In this document: positions 1-12,884 of the stretch, piece by piece | How the letters are laid out: each line of letters opens with the position of its first letter | How positions within the stretch are numbered: the first letter of the stretch is position 1 | Position numbers and translations under genes: made by a program | Source: Bdellovibrionales bacterium | GTDB taxonomy: Bacteria; Bdellovibrionota; Bdellovibrionia; Bdellovibrionales; JAUICD01 | Assembly: GCA_965197425.1 (NCBI GenBank) | Contig: CBDANC010000015.1 | Coordinates: 1-64,000 of the forward strand | DNA: 64,000 bases | Direction of reading: 5' to 3' | The notes under the pieces: model-generated | Seen by the model: the letters and a program-made list of their open reading frames with translations, nothing else | What the model was told of the DNA's origin: nothing | Database searches by the model: none

Positions 1-36
1 GGCATCGGCCGATGGCTTGGCGGGCCTGTCCGCTGT

Positions 37-2480
<2,444 letters not shown>

Positions 2481-2899
2481 CAACGACTCCTAGTTACGGC
2501 TCAACCCCGTGCTGTTGGGGGCTTTTGTGCCTCCATCGGGCGCGCAGCTCCCCTGTCGGATAAAAGCGGATGAGAGCTTCCCAACGCGGCGTGGTAGAGA
2601 CCGATTCCAGACAACCTGGCCCACAGGGTGGGCGGCAACGGGGGGCCAATTGTGCGCCTGGCCTGCGCATAGTAACAACATCTGCCTAAATTATACCATT
2701 AGCTGCGGCTTTTTTCGCGGTTTTTACTGGTGTTCTTGGGCAATTTTTGTTGCACTGTGGTCGCCCCTGTTAGGGGAGTGAGAAGCCGTCCGTGGTCTCT
2801 GGAGGTCACCTTCCACCTTGTCCCTGCTACGCGGCCGTCAGTAGAACCGTGAGATTGTGTTTCAGGCCGGGTTCAACCCTCCGCCGTCTCCACCGGTTA

Positions 2900-2930
2900 T
2901 CGGCTGGCGCTCAGTACGAAACCTCTATAG
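2900..2930. other. Compositional junction, GC-rich to AT-rich (probable chimera breakpoint)
   Basis: Base composition and codon style change within ~30 bp; the ORF on the right has no native start. Confidence 0.85.
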
Positions 2931-4840
2931 CTAAATCAGGTAGTGGCAAAAATGAAATTAAAAACATTCAAAACATTGTAAGCAATGCAGAGTTTACCAA
3001 TGTTCAAGAAATAGAAAAGAAAGGAGATCATTTAGTTGCAGCAGAGAGTTATGTTAAATTTGCAAAACAAACTAAGGATCTTAATTTAAAAAAGAAAGCG
3101 CTTTTTAATGCGGCCATAAACTTTGAAAAAGCAAATACAACTCTAAAGGCTATAAATCACTATGAGTTATATCTAAAAACAAATAAAAACACTAAAGATG
3201 AATCTGTAAAAAGAGCAATTAGGCTTGTTGCTAATCTATATGAACAAACCGGCGTGCTAGAAAAGGCAGCTATAGAGTTTGAAAAATATGCTAGTACTTA
3301 TCCTAGAGATCAATATGCAGATGAGTCTATCTTAAATTCTGCTAGAATCTTTAGAGCCTTTAGAAAGTTCCCCAAGGCTCTTTCAAACTATAGAACATAT
3401 CGTAATAAAGTTAAATCAAAAGAGACTAAGGATAAAATTTTACTTGAAATAGCTCAAACAAAAGAAGAAATGAAAAACACTAGGCAGGCTTACACAGACT
3501 ATTCAAGTTATGTGGTCTCTAATCCTGCAGATGGCTATATGTTGATGGCTTCACTTTTAAAACTATTTAGAATGGCTCAAGAATTTAGAAGAGCAGATGT
3601 AAAAAAATGGCGAGACAAAATAATAAGTGTTCAAAGAAGCTTAGGCAAAAATGTTGGGATTTCTGAAGCTGCTGAGGCAAGGTTTCATATAGCAATGGAA
3701 ATCTTTAATAAATTTAGAAAAACGAAAGTACCTAATAATCCAACTAAACAACTTAATGCTATCACTAAAATGTTGGATCAATTAAATAAACTTGATAGTG
3801 AGTTAGCCAAGGTAATTAAATATGACGATGGGAATTATGTAATTCATTCTGTTGCATTGATAGCTCAAGCCAGTGAACATTTTGTTGAAACAATTAAATC
3901 AATTCCAGTTCCGAAAGTTTTAACAGAGAAAAAACAAATAGAGGAATATAAAAAGGGTGTAGAAGAAAAATACATAGCTCCTGTTATGAAAAAGGCTATT
4001 TCAAACTACAAACTTGCTATTGAAAAAGCGTATGAGATACCAGCTTACAATGAAAGTGTAACCAAATCATTTGAAAGGTTGTCTAAACTTAAACCTGACA
4101 ACTATGCTCATATGACAGAAAAGGTAATGCCAGTTGAAAAGCTAGATATATTTGGGTTAGACGAAAAAATGGATGGCAAAAAAGTATACGAAGGCCTTTC
4201 ATTAGCCCTAAAGTCAAGGGACCTTAAGCTAGCAATACAAGAAGCATCTAAAATTTTAGCTAAGAACCCAGACGATGCAATAGTTTATAACACGCTTGCT
4301 GTTGTTGCCTTAAATAGAGGGTATAATTATTTGGCGAGGCTTTATTTGGGCAAGATTAAAAATTCTGACATAGTACCAGAAACAACCAAACGTAATAATT
4401 TGGCTATGGTTTTATTAAAAGATAAAGAGACAAACAGATCTTTTTCTGAGTTCTATGGTTCTGCTTTAGACAATGACAACTCTGTAGCCAGTGCTAATGC
4501 AAGTAGTATTCTTGTAAAATATCAGAATTTTGAAACTGCGATGCCATACCTAACAATTGCATCAAAAGCATTTTCCAAAGACGCATCTATATTAAATAAC
4601 TATGCAATTGCATTAAAGCACACAGGCAATCTCAAAAGATCCAGTGCGGTTTATAAAAGAGCTTTAGAGTATGCTCCTATGGAAAAGTCAGGTTGGATAA
4701 AACTAAACTATGCCTTGCTAATGAGTAAGAGTCCTACCAATAAAGCAGAAGCTCAAAAGACTTTAAATGATATTGCATTTAATGAAGATGATACGGAACT
4801 TATAGCAGAGGCAAGAAGTTTACTTAGGAAAATAAAATAG
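2921..4840 (+). CDS. 5'-truncated TPR protein of the gliding cluster (GltD/AgmU-like, possibly with a GltE/AglT-like C-terminus)
   Basis: TPR-like helices (ALFNAAINFEKA, ILNNYAIALKHTG) directly upstream of gltF/gltG/aglRQS-like genes. The first ~43 aa of the track ORF come from the foreign GC-rich DNA. Confidence 0.7.
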   Translation, partial: TSIAKSGSGKNEIKNIQNIVSNAEFTNVQEIEKKGDHLVAAESYVKFAKQTKDLNLKKKALFNAAINFEKANTTLKAINHYELYLKTNKNTKDESVKRAIRLVANLYEQTGVLEKAAIEFEKYASTYPRDQYADESILNSARIFRAFRKFPKALSNYRTYRNKVKSKETKDKILLEIAQTKEEMKNTRQAYTDYSSYVVSNPADGYMLMASLLKLFRMAQEFRRADVKKWRDKIISVQRSLGKNVGISEAAEARFHIAMEIFNKFRKTKVPNNPTKQLNAITKMLDQLNKLDSELAKVIKYDDGNYVIHSVALIAQASEHFVETIKSIPVPKVLTEKKQIEEYKKGVEEKYIAPVMKKAISNYKLAIEKAYEIPAYNESVTKSFERLSKLKPDNYAHMTEKVMPVEKLDIFGLDEKMDGKKVYEGLSLALKSRDLKLAIQEASKILAKNPDDAIVYNTLAVVALNRGYNYLARLYLGKIKNSDIVPETTKRNNLAMVLLKDKETNRSFSEFYGSALDNDNSVASANASSILVKYQNFETAMPYLTIASKAFSKDASILNNYAIALKHTGNLKRSSAVYKRALEYAPMEKSGWIKLNYALLMSKSPTNKAEAQKTLNDIAFNEDDTELIAEARSLLRKIK

Positions 4841-4858
4841 ACAGTAAGGCAAGTAATT

Positions 4859-5128
4859 ATGATTAGGTTTTGGATTTTAATTTTAGTAACTTTGTTTTCT
4901 TCTGATCTATACGCTCAGGGAAAAAGAAACAAAAGAACAGCGATTAACTTTGAAGATCAGTTAATTGAGGGTAGTTCGCAGACTCCAGATCTATTCTTTT
5001 TAATGCAAAGAGGTGATTTTGATTTTAGTAAACTTATAAAACTCAGAGATAATTTTTTGCCGGAAATGAGAAGGTCTGCTGGAGAAATAGTGGTTAAACG
5101 AGGAAATCAGGAGGATAGTCAAAAGTGA
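4859..5128 (+). CDS. gltF: Small secreted gliding protein, GltF/CglF-like
   Basis: Signal peptide, TAINFEDQLIEG motif and position before gltG. Confidence 0.65.
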   Translation: MIRFWILILVTLFSSDLYAQGKRNKRTAINFEDQLIEGSSQTPDLFFLMQRGDFDFSKLIKLRDNFLPEMRRSAGEIVVKRGNQEDSQK

Positions 5129-7356
5129 AATTGGTCTTTATTAGGGTATATAGGGATAATAAGCTTTTATTTGTTAAGCAATATTCGCCTTCTAACCACA
5201 TCCTTATAGGAAGTGATCCAGAAGCATCACTTAGACTTGATTCACCTAAGGTGTCAACTGCACATGCACTTATTGAAAAAAGAGGTGATGACTTTTTTAT
5301 ATCTGATCTTGGGGCAGAAGAAGGGGTATTTATAAATGAGGTTAAATCTGTAGATGCTAATATTAAATACGGAGATAACATTCAAATTGGTGATTTCAGA
5401 TTAGAATTTTTTGACTCTATTCCAAAACCAACAAACACCTCAAGTATTAATCCTAAAAATGATGGCCAAAAAGCAGATAGTACCGAAGTTGTCGAGAGTG
5501 TTTCTGATAAACCCAAATCTCCACCTGAACCTCCTGTGTCTAAGACTTTACCTAAGATGCCACCTAAGCCCCCTGCGAAAGTGGCAGGCCCGAAGCCTCC
5601 TGTGCCACCTAAGTTTAATCCTCCTAAACCTAAAAAACCATCTGTTAAACCACCGCCCCCACCTAACGTAAAAGCTTCTACAGCAAAGGCTGGAAAGCCG
5701 TCCTTAAAAGATAGGATAAAAGATTTAAAAGATAAAAAATTAGAAGCGCCTAGTATAGAAGATGTGAACATTCCAAAGTCTCCTAAGTTTCAAGCTCCTT
5801 CGGCTAATGTAAAAGCTGTAGCAGATGAAGTATCAACCTCTCGTGCAACAGAAAAAACCTCATTTGCAGATGTTAAGGATAAAATAAGTCTAGACGACAT
5901 AAAGCCTAATAAAGGTTCTGTGGTTGAAATATTAGTAGCTTGGGGAAATAGAATAATAGACTGTAAGCACTTTACTAAAAAAATAGTAACCATTGGATCA
6001 AATTCTGGTAATGATGTTTTGCTACCTTATGCTAGAGGGGCTAATCATAGACTTGTTAGTAAAAAATCAGGGCAAATACTTGTATTTGTGCCAGGAGGTT
6101 GTGACGCTTCTGTAATTACTAAGACATCAAAACTAAGTCTAAAACAAATAGAAAGCGCAGGCGGAGCTAAACCTGTAAAAGATGGTTTAAATGTTATCTT
6201 AAAACAAGAAGAAATGGTTAAAGTAAATTTAAGCGAGAACATATCAGTGTTGATCAGACGTGTTCCACGTACAATAAAACCTATGATGCTTCCTTTGACA
6301 GGACTTTCCGTTCAAGAACTGACAAATGTAGTATTAACCATAGGGCTCTCAGTTTTGATGGCGGTGTTTTTTGTTATATCAGATCAAAGTGAAACTGTTG
6401 CAAAGGAAGAAGAACTAGAAGACAAAAAAGAAAGGAAGGCTTTATTTGTATATAAGCCACCACCTCAACCTGAAACCAGAATAAAACCACCACCGCCCCC
6501 ACCACCTACAACAGTAAAAATCGTTAAGGTGAAAAAATTAAAAAAAGTGGTAAAAAAGAAAAAGATCAAAGCTCGTAAAAAAACCAGAATTGTCAAAAAT
6601 GCTGCTAGAAAAGGAAAAGCAAGTGATGCTCCTAAAACCAATAGTAAGTCTAAAGAGAAAATTTTAACTGCTAAAAACCCGGGTAAAGGTAAAGGCATAA
6701 GCCGTGGAACTAGTCCTAAAAAAGCACCTATAGATACTCAGACAGTAGGGCTTTTAGGGTTATTTGCCAAAGGTGGAAAACAAAAGAGCTTAAAAAATGC
6801 AGTGGATGGTTCAGGAGTATCTGCCGCAGCTAAAGGAGCTACCGGGGTTGGATCTAAAAAAGCGGCAGGTTCTGGAACAGTTGTTGGAAGTGGTTTAAAT
6901 AAAGTAGGAAAAAGTGGTAAAGGTGAAAGCACCTTTGGAATTTCAGGAGTGAAAACCAAAGGAAGAGGAAGTGGAGATAGTGGATATGGTAGCGGTGGAA
7001 ACATAGGAGGAAGAGGTGGAACCAACATTGAAGCAGGTGGTGATGAGGAAAGTTTCGAAGGTTCTATGGATAGAGAAGCAATAAAACGAGTTGTACAAAG
7101 ACACTTAAGACAGCTTAAAACATGTTACGACAGAGTTTTAGATAAAGATCCAAAGGCCGAAGGAAAAGTTGTACTTAATTGGACAATTTTATCGGGAGGA
7201 AATGTGGGTACAGCAAGATCTGTTAGTAGTGAAATCAATAGTAAAACAATGTTAAATTGTATGAATTCAAGGTTACGTTCGTGGAAATTTCCATCTCCAC
7301 CGGACGGACAAATTGGAGATATTACTTATCCATTTGTATTTACATCAGCTAAATAA
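5125..7356 (+). CDS. gltG: GltG/PglI-like protein: FHA domain, Pro-rich linker, TM helix, Gly-rich linker, TonB-C-like AgmX/PglI C-terminal domain
   Basis: FHA (ILIGS...VSTAHA...DLG), one TM helix, C-terminal IKRVVQRH...CYDRVL...WKFPSP...YPFVF. Confidence 0.8.
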   Translation: MKLVFIRVYRDNKLLFVKQYSPSNHILIGSDPEASLRLDSPKVSTAHALIEKRGDDFFISDLGAEEGVFINEVKSVDANIKYGDNIQIGDFRLEFFDSIPKPTNTSSINPKNDGQKADSTEVVESVSDKPKSPPEPPVSKTLPKMPPKPPAKVAGPKPPVPPKFNPPKPKKPSVKPPPPPNVKASTAKAGKPSLKDRIKDLKDKKLEAPSIEDVNIPKSPKFQAPSANVKAVADEVSTSRATEKTSFADVKDKISLDDIKPNKGSVVEILVAWGNRIIDCKHFTKKIVTIGSNSGNDVLLPYARGANHRLVSKKSGQILVFVPGGCDASVITKTSKLSLKQIESAGGAKPVKDGLNVILKQEEMVKVNLSENISVLIRRVPRTIKPMMLPLTGLSVQELTNVVLTIGLSVLMAVFFVISDQSETVAKEEELEDKKERKALFVYKPPPQPETRIKPPPPPPPTTVKIVKVKKLKKVVKKKKIKARKKTRIVKNAARKGKASDAPKTNSKSKEKILTAKNPGKGKGISRGTSPKKAPIDTQTVGLLGLFAKGGKQKSLKNAVDGSGVSAAAKGATGVGSKKAAGSGTVVGSGLNKVGKSGKGESTFGISGVKTKGRGSGDSGYGSGGNIGGRGGTNIEAGGDEESFEGSMDREAIKRVVQRHLRQLKTCYDRVLDKDPKAEGKVVLNWTILSGGNVGTARSVSSEINSKTMLNCMNSRLRSWKFPSPPDGQIGDITYPFVFTSAK

Positions 7357-7367
7357 AAGGAGGGATT

Positions 7368-8048
7368 GTGGAAGAAGAAGTAATGCAAGAAGTAGTAGAG
7401 CGCAACTTTGTAGTACAGGCGTTTATAGACGGTGGGGTACCAACAATGACAGCCATTGCTGTAGTTGGTGTACTAACCGTGCTGCTCATAATAGAGAGGT
7501 TTTCAACACTTAGTAAGTTTGGAGTGGATAAAAGGAGTGTAACAGATGGTGTTTTTAACTCGATACTAAGAGGAGACATACAGACCGCAATTTCGTTTTG
7601 TGATGCCAAAATAAGTCCGTTAACAGACACACTTAAGGCAGGTTTAGTTCAAGTTATGAACAAGCGAAATGATGATGAGGTACAAGTTGCAATGGATGCA
7701 GCTGTATTAAGACATACACCTAAAATAGAAGGTTGGACGGGTTTTTTAGCTGTGTTTGGGAACGTGGCAACTTTGGCCGGGTTGCTTGGTACAATCATAG
7801 GTTTGATAAAAGGGTTTGGAGCATTAGGTGAGGTTGATCCAGCAGAAAAGGCTAACATGCTAGCTTCTGCAATATCCCATGCACTTAACTGTACGGCATT
7901 TGGTTTGATAGTGGCCATACCTGCAATCATAGGGTATGGATTTTTCCAAGTAAGAGTTGGAAGGCTTCTTAACGACATGACTGAAAGCTCGATGAGCTTG
8001 ATGAATGTGGTAGTATCTAACAGGGATAAAATTTTCCGAGGCAAGTAA
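7368..8048 (+). CDS. aglR: MotA/TolQ/ExbB proton-channel protein (AglR-like)
   Basis: ATLAGLLGTIIGLI and TAFGLIVAIPA motifs; AGGAGG RBS before GTG. Confidence 0.85.
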   Translation: MEEEVMQEVVERNFVVQAFIDGGVPTMTAIAVVGVLTVLLIIERFSTLSKFGVDKRSVTDGVFNSILRGDIQTAISFCDAKISPLTDTLKAGLVQVMNKRNDDEVQVAMDAAVLRHTPKIEGWTGFLAVFGNVATLAGLLGTIIGLIKGFGALGEVDPAEKANMLASAISHALNCTAFGLIVAIPAIIGYGFFQVRVGRLLNDMTESSMSLMNVVVSNRDKIFRGK

Positions 8049-8518
8049 TGGCTAATATCGAAGAAGGTGGTGGTGGGAGAGAGATAAACTCAGAACCGAA
8101 CATCATACCTTTCATAGATTTGATGAGTGTGTGTATCATATTTTTGCTTTTAACAGCAGTGTGGACACAAGTATCCATGATTCAGATAGGCAGTTCAGTC
8201 TATGGTAGAAAATCCACTGATCAACAAGAACCACCGCCCCCCCCCCCTAAGATGCCAATGGTGATCCAAGTATATGGTCAAGGGTATGTGATTAATCTTG
8301 CTGGTAGACGAACTAACATTCCAAAAGCAGAAGATGAGTTTGACCAAAGAGCATTAATCCTAGCGCTTCAAGACATAAAAGATCGATACCCTGATAAAAA
8401 AGATGCAATGATTTCAGTTGACGAAAGACTTAATTATGAAAGCCTTATTGTAGGTATGGACAGTCTCTTATTGTCAGGATTTCCAGAAATCACTATTCAA
8501 ACTGGGAGAGTCAGATAG
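8048..8518 (+). CDS. aglQ: ExbD/TolR family protein (AglQ-like)
   Basis: NIIPFIDLMSV TM segment with the conserved Asp; coupled to aglR. Confidence 0.8.
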   Translation: MANIEEGGGGREINSEPNIIPFIDLMSVCIIFLLLTAVWTQVSMIQIGSSVYGRKSTDQQEPPPPPPKMPMVIQVYGQGYVINLAGRRTNIPKAEDEFDQRALILALQDIKDRYPDKKDAMISVDERLNYESLIVGMDSLLLSGFPEITIQTGRVR

Positions 8519-9145
8519 ATGCCAATATATGCCCCTGGCAAGAGATATAAAGGGAGGACAGCAGGGTTTAAACCTGGAAGAAAACTCGTAGCACAGCTCT
8601 CTCTAACAGCCATGGTGGATATGTTCACCGTGCTTGTGGTGTTTTTACTTATGAACTACAAAACAACAGAGACAGTGTTGTATATTCCAAAAGAAGTAAC
8701 TCTTCCAGAGGCGAGTGAGATTAAAGAATTACAACCAGCACATGTTGTTACCATAACGGACGAAGAAGTTTATTTAGACAGGGAATTGATAGCAACTTAT
8801 GATGATGTAAAACAACAAACTAGTTGGATGATAGAGAGGCTCAGATACAGAACACAAGAGATGTTTAGAGAAGATGATATTGAGTTTAACGAAAGACTAA
8901 GTACTACTTTAAAATCAGCTATTGGTCGGATAGACGAAGTTGAAAAATTAAAAGAAAAAGATAACAGAAGAAAAGTTACAATACAGGCTGACAAAGAAAC
9001 CGATTTTTTGACGGTAAAAAAAATTATGTATACAATCAGTGAAGCTGGTGCAAAAGAAATTAGTTTTGCAGTGGCTTCCATACCTCCTGATACAGATATA
9101 ACAGAGATACTAAGACACTACGACCTTAAAGATCTTCCTAATTAA
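8519..9145 (+). CDS. aglS: ExbD/TolR family protein (AglS-like)
   Basis: LTAMVDMFTVLVVFLL and IQADK...VKKIMYT motifs. Confidence 0.8.
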   Translation: MPIYAPGKRYKGRTAGFKPGRKLVAQLSLTAMVDMFTVLVVFLLMNYKTTETVLYIPKEVTLPEASEIKELQPAHVVTITDEEVYLDRELIATYDDVKQQTSWMIERLRYRTQEMFREDDIEFNERLSTTLKSAIGRIDEVEKLKEKDNRRKVTIQADKETDFLTVKKIMYTISEAGAKEISFAVASIPPDTDITEILRHYDLKDLPN

Positions 9146-9165
9146 TTGGACACCTATTTTAATAT

Positions 9166-9765
9166 TTAGTTTGCTGGCTCTTCTTTTTTAGCGGTGAGCC
9201 ATCCGGTAACAGTTTGGCTTAGAGCTTTCTCTGCAGGTATATCGACTTCCTTTACCTGCTTTTTAGGTAGTAATACTGTATAGCCGCCTATTTGATAACT
9301 CATGGGTAAATATACAGCTATATAACCACTGTTGTCTTTTATAAGATTTAAACCATCTAAGTTATCTCTTGTTACAAATCCAACTAACTTCCTGTTGTTT
9401 CCTATATCAACGGTAACAACTTTACCAATATCCCCTCTTGATTGAGAAAACATGTTAGTTATATCTTTAACAGAGCTATAGATTGTTTTTATGAGCGGGA
9501 TTTTGCCTAATAACTTTTCACCAAAGCTAAAAAGTCGTCTTGCGATCCATGCATTTAAAATAAACCCAACTATAAAAATTAAAATTAACACAAACACCAA
9601 ACCCATACCAGGAATATATGTTATGTTAGGTGGAAGAATGTTTTTAATGGTGTCAGCTAAAAGTTTTTCAGTTGTTTGAAATAACCAGACTAACAAAAAA
9701 ATTGTGGCGGTGAGAGGAATTATAGTAATAAGGCCATTGATAAAAGTTCTTTTTATACTTGCCAT
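9166..9765 (-). CDS. DUF502 family membrane protein
   Basis: Two TM helices; IPLIKTIYSSVK and VYLPMSYQIGG motifs. Confidence 0.85.
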   Translation of the reverse strand: MASIKRTFINGLITIIPLTATIFLLVWLFQTTEKLLADTIKNILPPNITYIPGMGLVFVLILIFIVGFILNAWIARRLFSFGEKLLGKIPLIKTIYSSVKDITNMFSQSRGDIGKVVTVDIGNNRKLVGFVTRDNLDGLNLIKDNSGYIAVYLPMSYQIGGYTVLLPKKQVKEVDIPAEKALSQTVTGWLTAKKEEPAN

Positions 9766-9788
9766 TTAATTGATCCCCACTAAATTTT

Positions 9789-12137
9789 TTAGCTTCCGCA
9801 AGAAATACATTCTTCCTGATCTTCTATAGAACAGATCATAGATTCCATATTTTTTTCTTCACCACTTTCTACCTCTGACTTATCAATGCTAAATTGAATT
9901 GCCTGTGCAGCTGCTTGAGTTCTTAAGTAATACATTCCTGTTTTTAGTCCCTGCTCCCATGCATAAAAATGCATAGACGACATTTTTCCAAAATCAGGTT
10001 TTTCTAAAAAGAGGTTTAAACTTTGACTTTGATCAATAAATGCGCCTCTATCTCTTGCCATATCAATTAAAGTTTTTTGTGAAATTTCCCAGACCGTTTT
10101 ATACAAAGCTTTCAATGTGTCAGGTATTTCTTCTATGTTTTGTATGGAACCATTGCTTAAAATAATTTTGTCTTTTAATCTACTATTCCATAAACCTAGA
10201 TCTATTAGGTCATTCATTAAATGTTTGTTTACTATTGTAAACTCTCCAGATAACACTCTTCTTGTATAGATGTTGGTGGTATAGGGCTCAATGCACTCGT
10301 TGTTACTTAACATCTGGGAGGTAGAAGCAGTAGGCATCGGAGCTATAAGCAAACTATTTCTTAGACCATATTTTTTTATGTCTTCTTTAAGCCCATCCCA
10401 ATCCCATCTAGAAGTTGGTTTAATATTCCACATGTCAAACTGCAAAACACCCTCACTTGTAGGAGAGCCTTTAAAAGTACTATAAGGTCCGTCTTTTTTA
10501 CTAAGCTCAAGGCTCTTTTTTAAAGCCGCAAAGTATATTGTTTCAAAAATTTCTTTATTTAACTTTTTCGCTTTTTCAGATTCAAATGGCAATCTCATTA
10601 AAATAAAAATATCTGCTAACCCTTGCACTCCTATTCCAATTGGCCTGTGTCTAAAGTTAGAGTTTTCGGCTTCTTTTATAGGATAAAAGTTAAGGTCAAT
10701 TATCTTGTTTAAGTTCTCTGTTATTGTTTGAGTTACTTCAAAGAGATGTTTGTGATCAAATTGTCTTTTGTTTAAAAATTTGGGCAAAGCAATTGAAGCT
10801 AGATTACATACAGCGACCTCATCTTTTGAAGTGTATTCCATTATTTCTGTGCATAGATTGCTTGATTTTATTGTCCCTAGATTTTTTTGATTAGATTTCA
10901 TGTTAACACTATCTTTATAGAGCATATAAGGAGTGCCTGTTTCTATTTGTGATTCTAAAATTTTAAACCAAATCTCTCTAGCAGGAATTGTGTTTCTAGC
11001 TTTTCCCTCTTTTTCATATTTTGTGTATAGAGTTTCAAACTCTTCTCCGTAGCAGTCACTTAAACCAGGAGCTTCATTTGGACAAAATAACGACCACTGA
11101 CCACTTTCCTTTACCCTTTTCATAAATAGATCAGGTGTCCATAGAGCATAAAATAGATCTCTTGCACGATTTTCTTCTTTACCATGGTTTTTTCTTAAAT
11201 CTAGAAAGTCAAAAATATCTGCATGCCAAGGTTCGATATAAATTGCAAAAGCACCCTTTCTTTTGCCCCCACCTTGATCCACGTATCTAGCGGTATCATT
11301 GTAAACTCTCAACATTGGAACAATTCCATTAGAAACACCATTTGTTCCGCTGATATAACTTCCCTTAGCTCTTATGTTGTGAACGCTAAGCCCGATCCCT
11401 CCTGCAGACTGAGATATAAGAGCGCATCTTCTAAGAGTCTCATATATCCCGTCAATACTATCATCTGTCATAGATAACAGAAAACAAGATGACAACTGTG
11501 GTTTTGGAGTTCCTGAATTAAATAGGGTTGGAGAAGCGTGTGTAAACCATTTCTCAGAAAGAAGGTTATAAGTTTTTATAGCAGCCTCTATATCTTCTTT
11601 GTGTATACCAACGGCAACCCTCATCAACATATGCTGAGGTCGCTCCGCAACCTTATTGTCTATTTTTAATAAATAAGATCTCTCAAGTGTTTTAAAACCA
11701 AAGTAGTCATACTCAAAATCACGGCTATAAATTATAGATGAATCCAAAATGTCTTTGTTATCCATAATTATTTCGTAGACATCATCAGACACAAGAGGGG
11801 CTTTTTGTCCATTTTTAGGGTTTACATACTTATACAGGCGGGTCATGGTTTTTGAAAAAGATTTTTCTGTGTTTTTGTGTAAGTTGGATACCGCAATTCT
11901 AGCTGCTAAAATAGCAAAGTCAGGGTGAGTAGTGGCCAAATAAGCTGCTGTTTCTGCAGCTAAGTTATCTAGCTCGCTGGTAGATACACCATCATAGACC
12001 CCAACAATTACCTTCTTAGCCACCTCTGTTGGATCTACATAGTCACTGTCTAGAGAGTAACATAGCTTTCTTATCCTAGAGGTAATTTTATCAAACTTAA
12101 CAACTTCTTTTTTGCCACTTCTCTTTACTACATACAT
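9789..12137 (-). CDS. nrdA: Class Ia ribonucleotide reductase alpha subunit with ATP cone
   Basis: VVKRSG ATP cone, [24 protein letters not shown] and C-terminal CISCGS. Confidence 0.97.
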   Translation of the reverse strand: MYVVKRSGKKEVVKFDKITSRIRKLCYSLDSDYVDPTEVAKKVIVGVYDGVSTSELDNLAAETAAYLATTHPDFAILAARIAVSNLHKNTEKSFSKTMTRLYKYVNPKNGQKAPLVSDDVYEIIMDNKDILDSSIIYSRDFEYDYFGFKTLERSYLLKIDNKVAERPQHMLMRVAVGIHKEDIEAAIKTYNLLSEKWFTHASPTLFNSGTPKPQLSSCFLLSMTDDSIDGIYETLRRCALISQSAGGIGLSVHNIRAKGSYISGTNGVSNGIVPMLRVYNDTARYVDQGGGKRKGAFAIYIEPWHADIFDFLDLRKNHGKEENRARDLFYALWTPDLFMKRVKESGQWSLFCPNEAPGLSDCYGEEFETLYTKYEKEGKARNTIPAREIWFKILESQIETGTPYMLYKDSVNMKSNQKNLGTIKSSNLCTEIMEYTSKDEVAVCNLASIALPKFLNKRQFDHKHLFEVTQTITENLNKIIDLNFYPIKEAENSNFRHRPIGIGVQGLADIFILMRLPFESEKAKKLNKEIFETIYFAALKKSLELSKKDGPYSTFKGSPTSEGVLQFDMWNIKPTSRWDWDGLKEDIKKYGLRNSLLIAPMPTASTSQMLSNNECIEPYTTNIYTRRVLSGEFTIVNKHLMNDLIDLGLWNSRLKDKIILSNGSIQNIEEIPDTLKALYKTVWEISQKTLIDMARDRGAFIDQSQSLNLFLEKPDFGKMSSMHFYAWEQGLKTGMYYLRTQAAAQAIQFSIDKSEVESGEEKNMESMICSIEDQEECISCGS

Positions 12138-12585
12138 ACTAATGCTACCTTAATTAACAATTATAAATTTGATATTTGAGGTTTAAGTTTCAATAAAAAT
12201 ATTTCCTTTCTTTAGAATCCAAGTATTTCTTAAGAAAGATAAAACCAGCTCTTATCAAATCTGTTTTAATGTGAAGGACTAAAACAGCTCCTACGATAAT
12301 CCCACAGCAGATAAGACAACAAGCAAAGCCAAACCGTATCACGACCAAATATGTGCAAAAGTCTAGCTAGTAAGTTTTAAACGACAAACGGGTCTTTTGT
12401 ATAGGTTTTACGCTTATAAAAAATCAAAAATTTGTAGTAGTAAAAAACAAAATAATTTTAGTGAGTTATAGATGCTCAATAATCACCATAATTCCTCGCA
12501 ATATAAAATATAAAAACAAATTGAATAAACCCCGTACTCAATGTAGTGTCCCGACCGACTTTATATTGATCGCAACTAGAGCTTA

Positions 12586-12879
12586 CCTTTACTAAAGTTC
12601 TATTTTCGTGGTCGCTGACCGGAACGTAATTCACCCGCCAAAATGGAACAAGTCCCATTGTTTGCTGTTCATTAGCCTCACCTTAAGTTACAGGATCGGT
12701 ATCGTGTTCAGAGCTGGGCAACCACTCGGATAAAAAAAGTGAACAAGTCCATTTGTTTTTATTATCGCTCGGAAGACCTTAAGCTACAGGATCAACATCT
12801 TGTTCTAGTGCTGGTCAGGCACTCGGCCAAAAAAAAAGCAACAAAGTCACTTTGTTTTTGGCCTCATTAACCTCACCTT
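12586..12879 (-). repeat. Locus A of the dispersed repeat family: three tandem units (periods 95, 96, 99 bp), leftmost degenerate
   Basis: CCTT boundaries at 12586, 12681, 12777 and 12876; core GGATCGGTATCGTGTTCAGAGCTGGGCAACC from 12693; GAACAAGTCC in two units. Confidence 0.85.
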
Positions 12880-12884
12880 TGGTT

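Noticed and set aside
2792..2920. N-terminus of the 682-aa track ORF
   Set aside because: It is chance read-through from the foreign GC-rich segment.
12190..12348. 52-aa hydrophobic minus-strand ORF upstream of nrdA
   Set aside because: TTG start, no RBS and no recognisable motif.
12765..12782. CGGAAGACCT as the B12 box of a cobalamin riboswitch near nrdA
   Set aside because: It is antisense to nrdA, other riboswitch elements are missing, and the same motif occurs at pyrG/engB and miaA as part of the repeat.
12820..12872. Minus-strand TTAATGAGGCC...GGCCGAGT as a hammerhead ribozyme core
   Set aside because: Neither CUGAUGA nor GAAA is intact, and the other units vary at those positions.
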